From positions 133,222-197,221 of the forward strand of contig JAXLXC010000001.1 of NCBI GenBank assembly GCA_046328155.1: a DNA stretch of 64,000 nt. Reading direction: 5' to 3'. Within the stretch, counting starts at the first letter, position 1. The number at the start of each line of letters is the position of its first letter. The stretch comes from Chloroflexota bacterium. Lineage in GTDB: Bacteria > Chloroflexota > Limnocylindria > Limnocylindrales > CSP1-4. Positions 61,288 through 64,000 of the stretch are shown here, one piece after another. Under the pieces are notes generated by a model, which saw nothing but the letters and a program-made list of their open reading frames with translations, was not told the DNA's origin and did not search any database. The position numbers and the translations under genes are program-made.

Positions 61288-61303
61288 TGCTAAACCGGTT
61301 TAG
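61288..61303. promoter_or_regulatory. perfect 16-bp palindrome GCTAAACCGGTTTAGC (LacI-type operator)
   Basis: Read directly, 80 bp upstream of the LacI start. It has the central CG and the AAAC/GTTT half-sites typical of LacI/GalR operators. Confidence 0.65.
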
Positions 61304-61442
61304 CGGACGGTAGCGACGATCACGTCCGGTGTCAATACGGGTTCCTGCGGTCATGGCTTCCGGACGGTGGGCGGCGGCCGGTGCCCTCGTGGGTGGACGT
61401 GCACGCGTCGTCCATGGGGCCCTGTAGTACGATCGCGCCCCC

Positions 61443-61817
61443 ATGCTCGGTCAGCGTCGGCTCATGCCCATCGGCGTCCTGCTGTTCCTGCTGTACGGAT
61501 TCGCCATGCTCGCGGGCCTCGCGGTCGCGATGCCCCTGGTCATCGACCAGGCGGTGGAGGCGTCCGTCTCGCCCCTCGGCGTGATCTACATGCTGCTCCT
61601 GGCGTACCTCATCTTCACCCTCACCCTGGTCCTGCAGCGCAAGCAGGCCGGCTATCCCCTGGCGCTTGGCCTCGCGACGCTGAGCGTGCCGTTGATCCCC
61701 GTGCTGTTCCTGTCGCCCGCCGGGCTGCCGGGTGCCGCCCTTGCGGCGGTGCTCGCGGTCGGCCTGTTCACGGCGCTCCGACGCCAGGCCACCCGGGCCT
61801 GGTTCGTCGAGCCCTAG
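61443..61817 (+). CDS. small integral membrane protein
   Basis: 124 aa with four hydrophobic helices (MPIGVLLFLLYGFAMLAGLAVAM...). Confidence 0.6.
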   Translation: MLGQRRLMPIGVLLFLLYGFAMLAGLAVAMPLVIDQAVEASVSPLGVIYMLLLAYLIFTLTLVLQRKQAGYPLALGLATLSVPLIPVLFLSPAGLPGAALAAVLAVGLFTALRRQATRAWFVEP

Positions 61818-61870
61818 CGGTACCTCAGGGGTCCCCGGAGCCACCCACCCAGCCGCCCACGAGGAGTCGA

Positions 61871-62905
61871 GTGAGCAAGCGATCGCGCACCTTCCAGCCG
61901 TCCGACGCCCGGACCGCGAGCCCCGACCAGGGTGGCCAGACGGCCCCGGGCGGCTCGGACCCGGCGCCTGCCACATCGACGGCCCCCGTCTCGACCTCGT
62001 CCGCGACCACGCCACCGACCGGGAAGCCCGCGACGACCACCTCATCGCGTGCCGATGCGCGTCGGCGGGGCACCGCCCCCAAGCCCACCGCCAACCAGTC
62101 GTTCTTCGACCGCTACAAGCTGCTCATCATCGGCGGCGCCGGCGTGGTCGTCGTGCTGTTCGCGCTCCTCTTCGTGACGCGCCAGAACACCGCGGCCTAC
62201 GAGTGCGCGACCCTCCTGACGCCGCCACCCGCCGCGGCACCGGCGAGCGGCCAGGCGCCGACCGACAGCGCGGCGCCCGCCTCCCCGGCGCCCAGCGCAG
62301 CCGCCGCCTCGCCGGCACCCACCGCGGCGTCCGCCTCCCCGGCGCCCAGCACAGCCGCGCCCGCGACCAGCGCCAGCCCCGGGACGAGCCCGTCGCCCAC
62401 GGCCAGCGCCGCCCCGGCGGCGACGCCCCTGCTCGGCTTCCAGACGTCCGACATGGGCAAGAACCACGTCGTGCAGGGGTCCACCGTCAAGTTCGGGTAC
62501 TGCCCGCCGGCCAGCGGCAGTCACTACAACCTCGGCGGTGGCCAGGCGCCCCTGACGCGTCGGCTGTACGGCCCCGACGACGGGATCATGCCGCAGCAGT
62601 GGATCCACAACCTCGAGCATGGATACGTGGTGCTGCTGTATCGAGGCGAGGTCGATACCGGCGTCCTCGACCAGCTGCAGTCCGTCATGGACGAGGCCGA
62701 GGTGAGCGACTGGTCGACGCAGAACTGCGGGCCGGTCAACAAGGTCATCGGGGTCCGCTTCGACGAGATGGACCCGAGCGTCAACTTCGCGGCCATCGCA
62801 TGGGACCGGGTGCTCCTGCTCGAGGACCTCGACAGCGAGCAACTGCTGACCTTCGCCAACCAGTGGCAGGATGGCCCGCAGACCCCCGAGCGGGTCTGCG
62901 GCTGA
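61871..62905 (+). CDS. DUF3105 domain-containing membrane-anchored protein
   Basis: GTG at 61871 with a GAGGAG RBS. TM helix LLIIGGAGVVVVLFALLFV followed by an Ala/Pro/Ser-rich linker. DUF3105-like core YCPPASGSHY...WIHNLEHGYVVLLY. Confidence 0.75.
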   Translation: MSKRSRTFQPSDARTASPDQGGQTAPGGSDPAPATSTAPVSTSSATTPPTGKPATTTSSRADARRRGTAPKPTANQSFFDRYKLLIIGGAGVVVVLFALLFVTRQNTAAYECATLLTPPPAAAPASGQAPTDSAAPASPAPSAAAASPAPTAASASPAPSTAAPATSASPGTSPSPTASAAPAATPLLGFQTSDMGKNHVVQGSTVKFGYCPPASGSHYNLGGGQAPLTRRLYGPDDGIMPQQWIHNLEHGYVVLLYRGEVDTGVLDQLQSVMDEAEVSDWSTQNCGPVNKVIGVRFDEMDPSVNFAAIAWDRVLLLEDLDSEQLLTFANQWQDGPQTPERVCG

Positions 62906-63585
62906 GCGGGGCGCCGCAACCCGCCGCTCCGCGCTGGGTCTGCCTCGACGTCGGCGAGACGCTCATCGACGAGACCCGAGGGTGGACGGTCTGGGCCGAG
63001 GTCCTGGGCATCCCCGTCATGACCTTCATGGCGGCGTTCGGGGCGGTCGTGGATCGCAGTCGGCACCACGCGGAGGTGTTCCACCTGCTCGGTGTCCCGG
63101 ACCCGGATCGCTACCAGGCCGAGGTGGCGCGACGCTACGGGGGCTTCCAGCAGGTGGACCTGTACCCGGACGTCCTGCGGACGATCGCCGCGCTCCGGGC
63201 GACCGGCCATCGGGTCGCCATCGTGGCCAACCAGCCCGCGATCCGAGGGCCAGAGCTGCGGGCGCTGGGCGTGACCGCCGAGGTCATGGGCATGAGCGAC
63301 GCGATGGGCGTCTGGAAGCCGGATGCCGAGTTCTTCCGGCGGGCCCTTCAGCTGATGGGCGACCCCGAGGCGGCCGACGTGGCCTACGTCGGTGACCGGC
63401 CGGACAACGACGTCGCGCCGTCCCGGGCCGCCGGCATGCGCGCGGTGTGGCTCCGCCGGGGACCCTGGGGGGTCATCCACCAGGCGGCGCCCGGTGCGAA
63501 CCTGGTGGTCGGCTCGCTCGACGAGCTGGTGAGCCGCATCCACGAGGCCTGGGCACCGGAGCCGGGCGTCGGCCCGCTCGCGTAA
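62863..63585 (+). CDS. HAD-superfamily hydrolase
   Basis: Motif I (VCLDVGETLID), motif III (WKPD) and motif IV (YVGDRPDNDV) are present. The start is uncertain. The nearest in-frame start is the GTG at 62863, which overlaps the previous gene by 43 nt. Confidence 0.65.
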   Translation: MAGWPADPRAGLRLSGAPQPAAPRWVCLDVGETLIDETRGWTVWAEVLGIPVMTFMAAFGAVVDRSRHHAEVFHLLGVPDPDRYQAEVARRYGGFQQVDLYPDVLRTIAALRATGHRVAIVANQPAIRGPELRALGVTAEVMGMSDAMGVWKPDAEFFRRALQLMGDPEAADVAYVGDRPDNDVAPSRAAGMRAVWLRRGPWGVIHQAAPGANLVVGSLDELVSRIHEAWAPEPGVGPLA

Positions 63586-63598
63586 CCTATCGCCACCC

Positions 63599-64000
63599 AT
63601 GTCACTGCCGGCCTCGCCCTCCATCGACACCGTCCCATCGCTCCGGACGCTCGGGCGCGTCGCCGTCCAGGCGGCTTGGGATTCCGCGGTCGCATCCGGC
63701 GCGCTGCCAGCGGTGCCACGCGATGCCACCCAGCCCACCGTGGAGGTGGAGCGTCCGGCGGACCCGGCGCATGGCGACCTCGCCAGCAACATCGCCATGA
63801 GGCTGGCCCGACCGCTGCGCCGGTCGCCGCTCGTCATCGCCGACGCGATCGCGGACCAGCTCCGCGCGGCTGGCGGCGACACGCTGGCCAGCGTCGAGGT
63901 GGCGGCGCCCGGGTTCCTCAACCTGCGACTCGCGGACGGCGCCCTGGAGCGCACCCTGGACGCAGCCCGTGCGGCCGGTGACGCATTCGGCCGGCTCGCG
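63599..64000 (+). CDS. argS: arginine--tRNA ligase, N-terminal part (runs off the window end)
   Basis: Own translation from the ATG at 63599 gives MSLPASPSIDTVPSLRTLGRVAVQAAWDSAV...VEVERPADPAHGDLASNIAMRLARPLRRSPLVIADAIADQL...VEVAAPGFLNLRL, a canonical ArgRS add-1 domain pattern. It is not in the ORF track because there is no stop in the window. Confidence 0.85.
   Translation, partial: MSLPASPSIDTVPSLRTLGRVAVQAAWDSAVASGALPAVPRDATQPTVEVERPADPAHGDLASNIAMRLARPLRRSPLVIADAIADQLRAAGGDTLASVEVAAPGFLNLRLADGALERTLDAARAAGDAFGRLA

Noticed and set aside
62190-62440. Ala/Pro/Ser-rich near-repeats (ASPAPSAAAASPAPTAASASPAPSTAAPATSASP) in the DUF3105 gene, and the PT-rich stretch at 6700-6790
   Set aside because: These are low-complexity inter-domain linkers typical of high-GC secreted or membrane proteins. 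They are not discrete DNA repeat elements.

Overview
High-GC (~70%) bacterial chromosomal window with Actinomycetota/Chloroflexota-like gene content. Most of it is ordinary core metabolism. There are two LacI-controlled GH13 sugar loci: an ABC transporter with an alpha-glucosidase at 1-4.8 kb, and a maltodextrin/starch-type operon with a 1156-aa secreted multidomain amylase at 51.7-61.2 kb. Other core genes are an MprAB/PepD-like two-component system with an HtrA protease, folB-folP-folC, a PASTA Ser/Thr kinase, galU, lepB, mscL, L25, an LLM monooxygenase with its FMN reductase, an IclR-linked cluster with an orphan E1-like enzyme, and the 5' end of argS. There are two tRNAs, Thr-CGU and Glu-UUC.

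The clearly accessory part is 7.4-14.3 kb. tRNA-Thr is followed by a roughly 3.5-kb decayed integrative island, closed by a 37/38-nt direct repeat of the tRNA 3' half. Its cargo is a secreted S1 protease plus a lipoprotein, with an integrase remnant and ABC-ATPase and RHS/YD fragments. Immediately outside the repeat sit two intact, convergent paralogous genes with AAA+ ATPase, wHTH and DUF234 (PD-(D/E)xK nuclease-like) domains. Each has its own upstream palindrome. This pair is my best candidate for an uncharacterised system, possibly defence or mobile-element related.

A second striking property is the number of genes that can only be read by changing frame. The extreme case is the 20.2-22.5 kb block, where a small Rho-N-like gene, topoisomerase IB and rhodanese are all fragmented. 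These are either real pseudogenes or local indel errors in the assembly, and I cannot tell which from the sequence alone.

The very long ORFs in the track (649, 795, 1099, 1214 and 1469 aa) are largely high-GC artefacts that overlap real genes. No CRISPR array, rRNA or intact transposase/integrase was seen.
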